DNA of 18,027 nt from an uncultured delta proteobacterium (GCA_963785725.1 CAWAWS010000045.1:1-18027); one strand, 5' to 3'. Shown: positions 7,277 to 15,681, counted from the first letter of the stretch. Numbers and translations: made by a program. The notes: generated from the letters alone by a model not told the origin.

Positions 7277-8128
7277 ATGAAACGAAGCGTGTGGCTCATC
7301 TCCTTCGCGAGCGGCTGTTTGGCTTTCGGTGTCTTCGGCGCCCGCGCGCACGCTCACTTCGCGCTGCAGGCGCCGGCCTGCTGGATGTCGCAGAACGCCG
7401 TCGGCATTCCGCTCAAGATGGCGCCCTGTGGCAACGAAGGCGGCGGCACCGCGACGGGCCTGGTGACGACGTATCAAGAAGGTCAGATGATCACGGTGAC
7501 GATCAACGAGACCGTCTTTCACCCCGGCCATTACCGCGTCACGCTGTCGACGACCGATCAGGCGGGGCTGCCGGCCGAGCCGGTGCCGACGGCCAACTGC
7601 GGCGCCGTCACCGTCGAGAATCCGCCGGTGTTTCCCGTGCTCGCCGACGGCCTCTTCACGCACACGACCGCGTTTACGGCGCCGCAGACGGTGCAGATCA
7701 AGCTGCCCGACAACGTGACCTGCACCCATTGCGTCTTGCAGGTGCTGCAGTTCATGGAGAATCAACCGCCCAATCCGACCGGCTGCTTCTATCACCACTG
7801 CTCCGACATCGTCATTCAGGCGGGCGCGGTTCCCGACGGTGGCTTGGTCAGCGGCGGCGTCGACATGTCGCTGGCCGACATGTCGATGGAGTCGTCGGCG
7901 GCGACGCAAGACATGACGACCACCGATCGCGCGCCGGCGTCGCAAGACATGGCGACGGTCGTCGCCGCGCCCGACATGGCGATGCCGAAGGGCACGACCG
8001 TGCACAGCTCGCTGATTCCCGGCTGCTCGTTCGGCGGGCAGGCGTCGCCGGGGTCGGCGCTGGCGCTCGGCCTCGTGCTCCTAGGCTTGGCCGACGTGCT
8101 GCGCCGTCGCCGTCGCAGAGCCGAGTAG
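7277..8128 (+). CDS. Secreted N-terminal-His (His-brace-like) protein, SCE4755 family / polysaccharide monooxygenase-like, with MYXO-CTERM-type anchor
   Basis: Signal peptide ending AHA|H places His first in the mature protein (codon 7355). Motifs HF-x-L-x-x-P...K-x-x-PCG, ETVFHPGHYRV, CTHCVLQVLQFM, YHHCSDI. Asp/Met/Ser/Thr linker. C-terminal GC + hydrophobic helix + RRRRRR. Confidence 0.8.
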   Translation: MKRSVWLISFASGCLAFGVFGARAHAHFALQAPACWMSQNAVGIPLKMAPCGNEGGGTATGLVTTYQEGQMITVTINETVFHPGHYRVTLSTTDQAGLPAEPVPTANCGAVTVENPPVFPVLADGLFTHTTAFTAPQTVQIKLPDNVTCTHCVLQVLQFMENQPPNPTGCFYHHCSDIVIQAGAVPDGGLVSGGVDMSLADMSMESSAATQDMTTTDRAPASQDMATVVAAPDMAMPKGTTVHSSLIPGCSFGGQASPGSALALGLVLLGLADVLRRRRRRAE

Positions 8129-8172
8129 CGCCCGGCGCGCCACGTCTGCCCGTGGCATGATCGCGCGCTGCC

Positions 8173-8625
8173 ATGAAGCGTCTCGTCCTCGCCGCCTTCG
8201 CCTCGCTGCTCCTCCTCGTCGCCGCGATGGTGGCGGGGCGCCTCCTGCTGCTGTCGGCAACGGCGCCGCCGCTGCCGACGCCGCCGCTGCCGCCGGTGAC
8301 GCAGACGCTGTGGCCGGCGCCCGACTTCAGCTATCCCGACCAAGACAATCGCCCGCTGACGAAGCAGCAGCTCTTGGGGCACGTCTGGATCGCCGACTTC
8401 ATCTACACGCAGTGTCGCTCCGCCTGTCCGCTCTTGACGGCGCGGCTGGTCCTGCTGCAGCGCCAGCTGGCCCGCTCCGACGTTCGCTTCGTGTCGTTTT
8501 CGGTGAATCCGGCGCGGCTGGCGAGATTGACGTATTTGCCGACCAGGTCAGCATTCACCCGCGCGACGAAATCGCTGAGGTTGAGATCGAGGTCGTCGAT
8601 GCCGCTGCCGGACTTGGCCGCGTAG
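8173..8625 (+). CDS. SCO1/SenC-family protein, truncated at about residue 115 (junction ~8517)
   Basis: N-terminal [42 protein letters not shown]. The expected DT-P-x-x-L does not follow. The rest of the ORF to 8625 is antisense metG sequence. Confidence 0.85.
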   Translation: MKRLVLAAFASLLLLVAAMVAGRLLLLSATAPPLPTPPLPPVTQTLWPAPDFSYPDQDNRPLTKQQLLGHVWIADFIYTQCRSACPLLTARLVLLQRQLARSDVRFVSFSVNPARLARLTYLPTRSAFTRATKSLRLRSRSSMPLPDLAA

Positions 8626-9698
8626 TAGTAACGCAGCAAATCCGGATCCAGGTGTTCCAGATAGGTGCGCGCGCGGATGAAAGTGCCGCGCGACTTGCTC
8701 ATCTTGGCGCCGTCGACCGTCAAATAGCCGTTGACCTGCAGGGCGGTGGGCGCACGCAGGCCGGAGCCCTCCAGCAATGCGGGCCAGAACAATCCGTGGA
8801 AATTGACGATGTCCTTGCCGATGAAATGCCAGAGCTCGCTGCTGGATTCGTCGGTGATCAGGCGCTCGGCGTCGAGTCCGTGCTGGGCCGCATAGTGGGT
8901 GAGGGCGGCGAAATAGCCAATGGGCGCATCCAGCCAGACGTAAAAGTATTTGCCGGGCGCATCCGGAATCTCGAAGCCGAAATACGGCGCATCGCGCGAG
9001 ATGTCCCAATCCTTGAGCCCGGCGTCGAGCCATTCGCGCAGCTTCGCGGCGACCGAGGTCTGCAGACAGGATTTACGTAGGCGCGAGTCGATCCAGCCGC
9101 GCAGATAGCCTTCGAATGGCGCGAGATGAAAGAAGTAGTGCTCCGAGAGCCGCCACTCCAGGGCGACATCGGAGAGCACCGAGCGCGGGTCTTTGAGCTC
9201 GCGCGGGGAATAGGTCGAGCCACAGTGCTCGCAGTTGTCGCCATACTGATCCGGCGTGCCGCAGACCGGGCAGGTGCCCTTGATGTAGCGATCCGGCAGG
9301 AACATGCCGCGCAGCGGGTCATAGGCCTGCTCCACGGAACGGGTGACAATGTCGCCCTTTTCTTTCAGCGCGAGATAAATGCGACTGCAGAGTGCGCGGT
9401 TCTCTTCGGAATGCGTGGTGTAGTAGTGATCGAAGGCCACGCCGAAGTCGTGGAAGTCGCGCACGTGCTCGCGGTGGATATCGGCGATGAAGCGCTCGGG
9501 CGCAACACCGGCCTTCTCGGCGGCGAGCATGATCGGGGTGCCATGCGCGTCGTCGGCGCAGAAGTAGTTGACGCGATGGCCCGCGAGGCGCTGAAAGCGC
9601 ACCCAGATGTCCGCCTGCACGTAGCCGACCAGGTGGCCAAGGTGGATCGGCCCATTGGCGTACGGCAGGGCGTTGGTGACGATGATGCGGCGGGACAT
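8403..9698 (-). CDS. metG: Methionine--tRNA ligase, 3'-truncated (homology ends ~8505-8516, about residue 395)
   Basis: [16 protein letters not shown] (HIGH), ADDAHGTPI, Zn knuckle CPVC...[48 protein letters not shown]. The anticodon-binding and C-terminal domains are missing; the ORF tail to 8403 is antisense SCO sequence. Confidence 0.96.
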   Translation of the reverse strand: MSRRIIVTNALPYANGPIHLGHLVGYVQADIWVRFQRLAGHRVNYFCADDAHGTPIMLAAEKAGVAPERFIADIHREHVRDFHDFGVAFDHYYTTHSEENRALCSRIYLALKEKGDIVTRSVEQAYDPLRGMFLPDRYIKGTCPVCGTPDQYGDNCEHCGSTYSPRELKDPRSVLSDVALEWRLSEHYFFHLAPFEGYLRGWIDSRLRKSCLQTSVAAKLREWLDAGLKDWDISRDAPYFGFEIPDAPGKYFYVWLDAPIGYFAALTHYAAQHGLDAERLITDESSSELWHFIGKDIVNFHGLFWPALLEGSGLRAPTALQVNGYLTVDGAKMSKSRGTFIRARTYLEHLDPDLLRYYYAAKSGSGIDDLDLNLSDFVARVNADLVGKYVNLASRAGFTENDTKRTSERASWRCSRTSRAVKSGQAERHCV

Positions 9699-9850
9699 GA
9701 CAAGGCGTTGATAAAGAAAAGATTATGACACAGGGACGGAGCTGGCTCGGGGTTCTGGCGGGATGGTGGAGAAAAGGCAGGCTGCAGCCCGCAGCCGCGC
9801 CCGCGAGCCTGCCGGAGGCGGGTGGCGCGAATGCTAGACTGCGCAGCCTG

Positions 9851-10927
9851 ATGCAATCCCCTACCGCTTCCCCCGTTTCGCTGGCCGAGCGCGTTGCCGA
9901 GTATCTCGATCCGGTCTTGGGTCGCAGCCTCGGCGAGGCCGGCGTCGAACTGTCCGTCGATGAAAGCACGCCCATCCCCACGGTGCGCGTGCGCCTGGCC
10001 TTCCCCGCCGACGGTTATCGCAAAACGTTTGTGGAATCCCTGGCCGCCCACATCGGCGTGCCAGCGAAGATCGAACTGAGCTGGGCGGTCTCGCCCTATC
10101 CCGGAACCGGCACGGCCAGGCATCCCGAGATCAAGAACGTCCTTGCCGTGGCCTCCGGCAAGGGGGGTGTGGGCAAGTCGACCGTCGCGGTCAATCTGGC
10201 ACTGGCGCTCGCCGGCGAAGGGGCGAGCGTTGGTCTTCTGGACGCCGACGTCTATGGCCCGAGCCAGCCCTTGATGCTGGGCGTGCAGGGACCGCCCGAA
10301 TCGCCCGATGGCAAAGTGCTCGAGCCGATCCGCGCCCACGGACTGCAGACGATGTCGATCGGCTACCTGGTGGATCCCGCGCAACCGGTGATCTGGCGCG
10401 GGCCGATGGTCACCCAGGCGCTGTCGCAAATGCTGGGAGATACCCGCTGGCAGGCGCTCGACTATCTGGTGCTGGATCTGCCGCCTGGCACCGGGGATCT
10501 ACAGCTGTCGATGGCGCAGCGCATCTCGGTCGCCGGTGCGATCATCGTCACCACCCCGCAGGACGTGGCGCTGCTGGATGCGCGCAAGGGCCTGCGCATG
10601 TTTGAGAAGGTCTCGGTGCCGGTGCTGGGCGTGGTGGAGAACATGAGCTTCCACGTCTGCAGCAACTGCGGGCACCACGACGCGATTTTTGGCGAGGGTG
10701 GGGGTGGGCGTCTTGCCACGGAGGCGGGTGTCGAACTGCTCGCCCAGTTGCCGCTGGTCCGGCGCGTGCGCGAGCAGACCGATAGTGGGCGACCCCCGGT
10801 GGTGGCGGAGCCGGACGGCGAAACCGCGGGGCTGTACCGCGCACTGGCGCGCCGTGTGGCTGCGCGTCTGGCCTATGGCCGCCAAACCGGCAACGACTTC
10901 CCGGAGATCGTCGTCTCCGAAGACTAA
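9851..10927 (+). CDS. apbC: Mrp/ApbC Fe-S cluster carrier ATPase
   Basis: VASGKGGVGKST, DADVYGPS, WRGPM, DLPPGTGD, VTTPQ, ENMS-x-x-x-CSNC. Divergent from metG, as in E. coli. ATG 9851 is preferred over 9725 because an extended -10 (TGCTAGACT, 9832-9840) precedes it and 9722-9730 reads TGTCATAAT on the minus strand (candidate metG promoter). Confidence 0.95.
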   Translation: MQSPTASPVSLAERVAEYLDPVLGRSLGEAGVELSVDESTPIPTVRVRLAFPADGYRKTFVESLAAHIGVPAKIELSWAVSPYPGTGTARHPEIKNVLAVASGKGGVGKSTVAVNLALALAGEGASVGLLDADVYGPSQPLMLGVQGPPESPDGKVLEPIRAHGLQTMSIGYLVDPAQPVIWRGPMVTQALSQMLGDTRWQALDYLVLDLPPGTGDLQLSMAQRISVAGAIIVTTPQDVALLDARKGLRMFEKVSVPVLGVVENMSFHVCSNCGHHDAIFGEGGGGRLATEAGVELLAQLPLVRRVREQTDSGRPPVVAEPDGETAGLYRALARRVAARLAYGRQTGNDFPEIVVSED

Positions 10928-10969
10928 CCCGCGTTCAGGGTGACATTGCCGCGGCTGACGGGCCTGGGC

Positions 10970-12097
10970 TCAAAACTCGCTCCAGGATCCGTTGGGCAGC
11001 GAACCGAACACCATTCGTGCCGCACTGCGTCCGATGTCGCTGATCCCGGGCGTGTCGATGTTGGCGAGCGTGATGACGTAGGCGTCGCGCTCGGGCAAAA
11101 GCCAGATCGCCGAGCCGGCGCTGGCGTCCTCACCGATGGTGGACAGCAGGCGCTGGCCGTGAAAATCGGCGGCCGCCGTCACATACCAGGCCAACCCCCA
11201 GCCATTCTTTTCCGGCCGGTTCGAGCCTCCTCGCTCGTCCCACATCGCGCGGTAATCGCCCGCGTTGATGAATTCGCGATCGAGCAAGGCCTGGGCGAGG
11301 AATTTGAGTTCCTCCACCGACGACGCCAATACGAAAGATCCTGGCCCGTTCGTCGCGGGTTGCGGCATCACTTCCTGCACCCAGCCGCCGTGGCGCGGAG
11401 CGGGAGTGAACGAGCGCGCGAGATGGATGCCTGCGCTGGTCAGCTCCTCCGGGCTCCCGGTCTTGGTCATCTTCAAGGGATCGAAGAAGTCATCGCGCAG
11501 ATAATCGTGGAAGCTCTTGCCGCTGATCTGCAGGATCAGTTGCTCCAGCAAATCCTGGCTGACGCGGGCGGCGGCTTCGATCGTCGCATGCCCGTGTGCG
11601 CCCTTCGCAGTGCCAAGGGAAGTCGTGGTGAGCGAAGGTCGCGCCGCCTGGCTGAGGAGTTCCAGCACTGGCGTGCTGCTCACCGGAGCCGGCAGATCCT
11701 CAAGGTAAAAGCCGATGGGATTGACCGTGAACAGCCGTCGCTGATCCTGCAGGCGCAAGAGCGTCAGCGCAGTGAGCGCTGGCAACAGGCGCGGAATCCT
11801 GAACGCGGTAGCAGGCGTCGCTTTCTGCGAGATCGAGGGATCGGCGAAGCCATAGCCGCCCTGGAAGATGACCTTCCCATGTTCAACCACGGTCATGGCG
11901 AAGCCGGGGACGCCGAGGGATTCGCAGCGCGACGACATCAAGAGCTTGAGGCGATCGGTCAGCGTAGGCGGAGGAAAGCGCGCCATGGCGATGGAGGGCA
12001 AAACCAGCGCAAGGAGAACAAACAGCCAGCCGAAGCGGGCACGCGCGCGACGCTGCTGCGCCGGGCGTGCGCTCCCATCGGAGGCCATGCGCGTCAT
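10970..12097 (-). CDS. Beta-lactamase/serine hydrolase-fold (AmpC/EstB-like) exported protein with degenerate active site
   Basis: Signal/TM segment, GVPGFAMTVVEHGKVIFQGGYGFAD, ATPATAFRI, ISGKSFHDYLRDDFFDPLKMTKT, GWGLAW, LLPE...VITLAN. SxxK and YxN motifs are absent. Confidence 0.8.
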   Translation of the reverse strand: MTRMASDGSARPAQQRRARARFGWLFVLLALVLPSIAMARFPPPTLTDRLKLLMSSRCESLGVPGFAMTVVEHGKVIFQGGYGFADPSISQKATPATAFRIPRLLPALTALTLLRLQDQRRLFTVNPIGFYLEDLPAPVSSTPVLELLSQAARPSLTTTSLGTAKGAHGHATIEAAARVSQDLLEQLILQISGKSFHDYLRDDFFDPLKMTKTGSPEELTSAGIHLARSFTPAPRHGGWVQEVMPQPATNGPGSFVLASSVEELKFLAQALLDREFINAGDYRAMWDERGGSNRPEKNGWGLAWYVTAAADFHGQRLLSTIGEDASAGSAIWLLPERDAYVITLANIDTPGISDIGRSAARMVFGSLPNGSWSEF

Positions 12098-12106
12098 GCT
12101 GCGATC

Positions 12107-14257
12107 TTACCGGCCTTCGGTGGGTCCTGCGCCCGGCGGTTTCTGATGGGTCAGCAGCCAGCAGCGGTGGGGACGGCGCGCGCGCTGGAAGTCCTCGTCC
12201 AGGGTCTTGTCGGTGATGTCGGTGACCTCGCAGTCCTGGCTCAAGGTCTTGTCGAACGTGAAACGGCGGCGGTTGGTGGAGAAGTAGAGCTGGCCGCCCG
12301 GTGCCAGGCGCTTGAGCAGCGCACGCAGGAGGTCTCCGTGATCGCGCTGCAGATCCAGGGTGTCGCTCATCTTCTTCGAATTCGAGAAGGTAGGCGGGTC
12401 GCAGAGAATCAGATCGAACTCACGGTCTGCGCCGCGTGCGGGTTGCTCGAGCCAACGCAGGCAGTCCGCACGCAGGAATTGATGCGCGGGTCCCGCGAGC
12501 TGGTTGAGCGCGAGATTGGCCTCCGCCCATTCCAGGTAGCGGTTGGAGAGATCCAGGGACAGAGTTCGTGTCGCGCCGCCGCGGGCGGCATGCACCGTGG
12601 CAGAAGCGGTGTAGCAGAACAGGTTCAGAAAACGCTTGCCCTTGGCTTCGCGCTGCAGCCGAAGACGCAGCGGCCGGTGATCGAGAAACAGCCCGGTGTC
12701 GAGGTAGTCGGTGAAATTCACGTAAAAGCGGCAGCCGTGCTCCTGCACGATCTCACGGTCGCGCTTTTGGTCGAGGGGCTCGTACTGATCCGAGCCGCGC
12801 TGTCGCTCGCGCCGGCGCAGGTGTAGGTGGCTCGCTGGAACCTCCAGCTGGGTGGTGACGATGTTCAGCGCCGCTCGCAGGCGCTGCTCCGCCCGCACCG
12901 GATCAATGGTGTCCGGTGCTGCGTATTCCTGCAGGACGACGTGGCGCGGATTGCACTCGTAGACGTCGATGGCGAGCGCGAAATCCGGCAGGTCGGCGTC
13001 ATAGACGCGAAAGGCGCCGACGTCGTTGCGCCGCGCCCAGCGGTTGAGATGACGCGCGTTTTTCTTCAGCCGGTTCTCAAAGTCCTCTGCGTGCACGCCA
13101 CTGGCTTCTCGGGCGACGACGGCCGGGATTTCAAACTGCAGCAGCTTGCAGGGAATCGCGCCGTTGTAGAACGCGTGCATGGCATTCGCGCGCAAGCCCA
13201 TACGCGGCGCAAGGTCCGGGCGTGCGGTGAAGACCGCGGCTCGCCAACCCGGGAAGTAACGGCGCAGGCGCTCGCCCAGCAGGCTCAACACCTTGATGAC
13301 TTCCGCTTCCTCGCCGAGCCGCTCGCCATACGGCGGATTGACGATCACCAAACCGGGTTCTTCGCTGGGGGCGGTGAGCGTCGACAGATCGGCGGGCTCG
13401 AAGTGGACCTGTGCCTGCAGGCCAAGCCGGCGCGCAGCGGCGCGCGCCATCGAGAGCCCCCGCTCATCGAGATCGCGGCCGATCAGCGGCGGCAGCGCCT
13501 GGGCGAGGCCTGCGCTCGCGCGTGCCTGCGCTTCACTGCGCAGTCCTTCCCAGACCGCGGCATCAAAGGAGGATAGCGCCATAAAACCGAAGCGCTCGCG
13601 TGGCAGGCCGGGGGCGAGATCGGCACGCATCGCTGCGGCTTCCAGGACCAGGGTGCCCGAACCGCACATGGGATCGAGCAGGGTTCCCGCCTGCGGCCAG
13701 CCGGCGCGCGCCAACAGGGCCGCCGCGAGATTCTCCTTGAGCGGCGCGGGGGTACCGGAGCGATGCCCGCTGCGCTGATGCAGGCTTGCCCCGGCGAGGT
13801 CCAGGCTGAGCGACGCGGTCTGGCGCGACAGATGCAGGTGCACGCGCAGATCCGCATCCTCCCGATCCACGTTCGGGCGCTCGCCAAGTGCCTCGCGAAA
13901 GCGATCGGCGACGGCGTCCTTGACCCGCACCGCGGCGAACTGGGTGTTGGCAATCAGGGGCGTCTGCCCCGCCACTTCCACCAGAAACGAACGGCGCAGA
14001 TCGAACAGCGCGGGCCAGTCGATGGATTTCGCCAGCGTGTAGAGATCGTTGGCGTCGGTGATGGTCCCGCTGCTGAGCGACCAGAGCACCCGGTTTGCCA
14101 GGCGCGACCACAGGCAGGCCCGGTAGGCGTCTGCCCATTCCCCGCGCCCGGCAACGCCGCCCGGGCGCTCCCTGAGCTCGCCAATGGACAGCTGTCGCAG
14201 CTCCGCGGCCAGCAAGGGTTCGACGCCGCGAGGGCAGGAGAAGAAGAGCGAGATCAT
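12107..14257 (-). CDS. rlmKL: Bifunctional 23S rRNA methyltransferase RlmKL (m2G2445/m7G2069)
   Basis: 716 aa. CLWSRLANRVL, THUMP region, APLKENLAAA, DPMCGSGT, NPPYGERL, FENRLKKN, YDADLP, YLDTGLFLDHR, FLNLFCYT, DPPTFSNSK. Confidence 0.97.
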   Translation of the reverse strand: MISLFFSCPRGVEPLLAAELRQLSIGELRERPGGVAGRGEWADAYRACLWSRLANRVLWSLSSGTITDANDLYTLAKSIDWPALFDLRRSFLVEVAGQTPLIANTQFAAVRVKDAVADRFREALGERPNVDREDADLRVHLHLSRQTASLSLDLAGASLHQRSGHRSGTPAPLKENLAAALLARAGWPQAGTLLDPMCGSGTLVLEAAAMRADLAPGLPRERFGFMALSSFDAAVWEGLRSEAQARASAGLAQALPPLIGRDLDERGLSMARAAARRLGLQAQVHFEPADLSTLTAPSEEPGLVIVNPPYGERLGEEAEVIKVLSLLGERLRRYFPGWRAAVFTARPDLAPRMGLRANAMHAFYNGAIPCKLLQFEIPAVVAREASGVHAEDFENRLKKNARHLNRWARRNDVGAFRVYDADLPDFALAIDVYECNPRHVVLQEYAAPDTIDPVRAEQRLRAALNIVTTQLEVPASHLHLRRRERQRGSDQYEPLDQKRDREIVQEHGCRFYVNFTDYLDTGLFLDHRPLRLRLQREAKGKRFLNLFCYTASATVHAARGGATRTLSLDLSNRYLEWAEANLALNQLAGPAHQFLRADCLRWLEQPARGADREFDLILCDPPTFSNSKKMSDTLDLQRDHGDLLRALLKRLAPGGQLYFSTNRRRFTFDKTLSQDCEVTDITDKTLDEDFQRARRPHRCWLLTHQKPPGAGPTEGR

Positions 14258-14373
14258 CAGAAGGGGATTCGAGTAATGGGGGATTGAGCGTCAAGCGACG
14301 GTCGGTGGTTGGGAGCAGACACGGCCGTCGAGCGCTCCATGCTTTGGCGGAGGTGCCCTGCTATTCTTTTCGG

Positions 14374-15063
14374 ATGACAATGAGCCGTCGTGCCGCGCTC
14401 CAATCGTTGCTGTGTGCGGGACTTTCAGCCTGCGCCAGCGATAGCGGCGTGCCGCCGACGTTCAAGATCCTCTCCGGCCTCTACGATTCCGTTCGCAGCG
14501 GCGGCCCCACCGGGTACCGCAAGACCCCGGAGCAGGTGCGTGAATCGCATTTTGCCTGCTTGGGCGCCCAGGTGGGCGATGGCCCCAAGGCCATTCTGCT
14601 GCTCAATGCTTACGACGGCGATGCCTTGCGCTGGATCTCCGGTGACCAGGTGAGTCTGAAGACGCGATCCGGGCGCCTCTTGGAAACCGCCGGTTTGCCG
14701 CGCGATCTGCGCTCCACCGACTTTGTTCGCATGGATCCGCTGGCGGAGACCCAGTCGGCCGCGGCGCTGGGCCAGGCCTCGACCACCTGGGTCATGGACT
14801 TGTCCGAGCCCGACGAGTACTCGCTGGTCACCCAATCGAAATTCCTGGTGGTGGGCCCCGAGACCATCACGATCATGGACCGCTTGCACCGGGTGATTCG
14901 CGTCGACGAGAGCGTTGCCGTGAATGCCTGGGAGTGGGAGACCGTGAATCGCTACTGGCTGGATGCCGAGACGCTGTTTGTCTGGCGCTCGGAGCAGCGC
15001 TTCTGCAAGCAGCTGCCGATGATCACCCTCGAAGTGCTCAAAGCCCCCGAGCGCAAGGTTTAG
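14374..15063 (+). CDS. YjbF/GfcB-family lipoprotein (group 4 capsule / EPS export associated)
   Basis: SRRAAL...LSAC signal and lipobox. WISGDQVSLKTRSGRLLETAGL and NRYWLD...VWRSEQ...LEVLK resemble YjbF-family motifs. Lies next to a YjbE-like gene and polysaccharide genes. Start is ATG 14374 or 14380. Confidence 0.75.
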   Translation: MTMSRRAALQSLLCAGLSACASDSGVPPTFKILSGLYDSVRSGGPTGYRKTPEQVRESHFACLGAQVGDGPKAILLLNAYDGDALRWISGDQVSLKTRSGRLLETAGLPRDLRSTDFVRMDPLAETQSAAALGQASTTWVMDLSEPDEYSLVTQSKFLVVGPETITIMDRLHRVIRVDESVAVNAWEWETVNRYWLDAETLFVWRSEQRFCKQLPMITLEVLKAPERKV

Positions 15064-15080
15064 ACAAACGCCGGACACAG

Positions 15081-15109
15081 AAAACCCCGCAGGCCTGCGC
15101 CTGCGGGGT
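15081..15109 (-). terminator. Intrinsic terminator between convergent genes
   Basis: Perfect 11-bp stem ACCCCGCAGGC(15084-15094)/GCCTGCGGGGT(15099-15109) with a 4-nt loop. A short U-tract follows on the minus strand, downstream of the YjbE-like gene. Confidence 0.75.
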
Positions 15110-15154
15110 CGCGTCCTATCGTGTCGCCGCGCCGCGCGCGGTCGACCAAAATCC

Positions 15155-15385
15155 TTACTGCGTACTCGAGGACGTGCTGGTCGTCGAGCTGCCGTTGAGG
15201 CCGTTGTTTGGCTGCCGGGTCAAAATCACGATGGCAGCAATCACGCCCGCACCGACCACCCCGTAACCCACCTTGACCAGGGTTTCGTTGTCGTCCGCAG
15301 CGGTAGCGCCCGCATCCTCGGCGAACGCCAGCGGCGTGCCCAACAGGGTCGCCGAAACGATCATGCCCAGAACAAACTTCTTCAC
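15155..15385 (-). CDS. Small secreted YjbE/GfcA-like protein (76 aa)
   Basis: GTG 15385 preceded by GGGAGG. Signal peptide MKKFVLGMIVSATLLGTPLAFA, a second hydrophobic stretch, and a Ser/Thr-rich tail ending STTSTSSSTQ. Size, layout and STQ terminus resemble E. coli YjbE. Confidence 0.7.
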   Translation of the reverse strand: MKKFVLGMIVSATLLGTPLAFAEDAGATAADDNETLVKVGYGVVGAGVIAAIVILTRQPNNGLNGSSTTSTSSSTQ

Positions 15386-15584
15386 GCTGCATTCCTCCCA
15401 GATCGTACAACCGCTCCAGCCTGCACCCCCCAGGGCGCAATTTCCGAAGCTTCGCAAAGCATAGCTAAGCCACTGAGGAAACACCAGCCGGAACGGCCCT
15501 TGATCCCCTCTAGAGGCCGCCAAGGTGAGCCTGCCGACGAACGATGACGTAATGTGCGATCGGCGGTGGCCGTTCGGCCGTCGA

Positions 15585-15590
15585 TATAAT
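15585..15590 (+). promoter_or_regulatory. Candidate sigma-70 -10 box for galE
   Basis: Perfect TATAAT in a GC-rich intergenic region about 90 bp upstream of galE. No recognisable -35. Confidence 0.4.
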
Positions 15591-15681
15591 CTGCAGAAGG
15601 CCGGCGAGTGCCCAAAGGCAGGCAAGCGCCAACGGCTTCCTCCGCCCCGTTTTGACCCCGAGACCCGCCCGGACGACATCG

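Noticed and set aside
7094..8005. Apparent 509-aa SCO fusion (6476-8005) and N-terminal extension of the 6806-8128 ORF
   Set aside because: Each extension is the antisense shadow of the other gene. The plausible starts are GTG 7093 (-) and ATG 7277 (+), where the TM or signal peptides begin.
8153..8169. TGGCATG...GC upstream of the second SCO as a sigma-54 promoter
   Set aside because: Spacing is GG-N9-GC or GG-N11-GC, not the required N10.
8403..8625. Apparent overlapping convergent genes or a novel mini-MetG / SCO fusion
   Set aside because: Both tails are read-through into the other gene's antisense strand after the junction, not evolved sequence.
4030..10927. One large metal island linking CDF, SCO and the Fe-S carrier ApbC
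   Set aside because: apbC lies across the probable chimeric junction, in its usual position next to metG.
15421..15480. JUMPStart/ops-like text on the minus strand (CAGTG...TAGCT...CCTGGGGGGTG) upstream of the YjbE-like gene
   Set aside because: There is no GGCGGTAG core and the spacing is too long.
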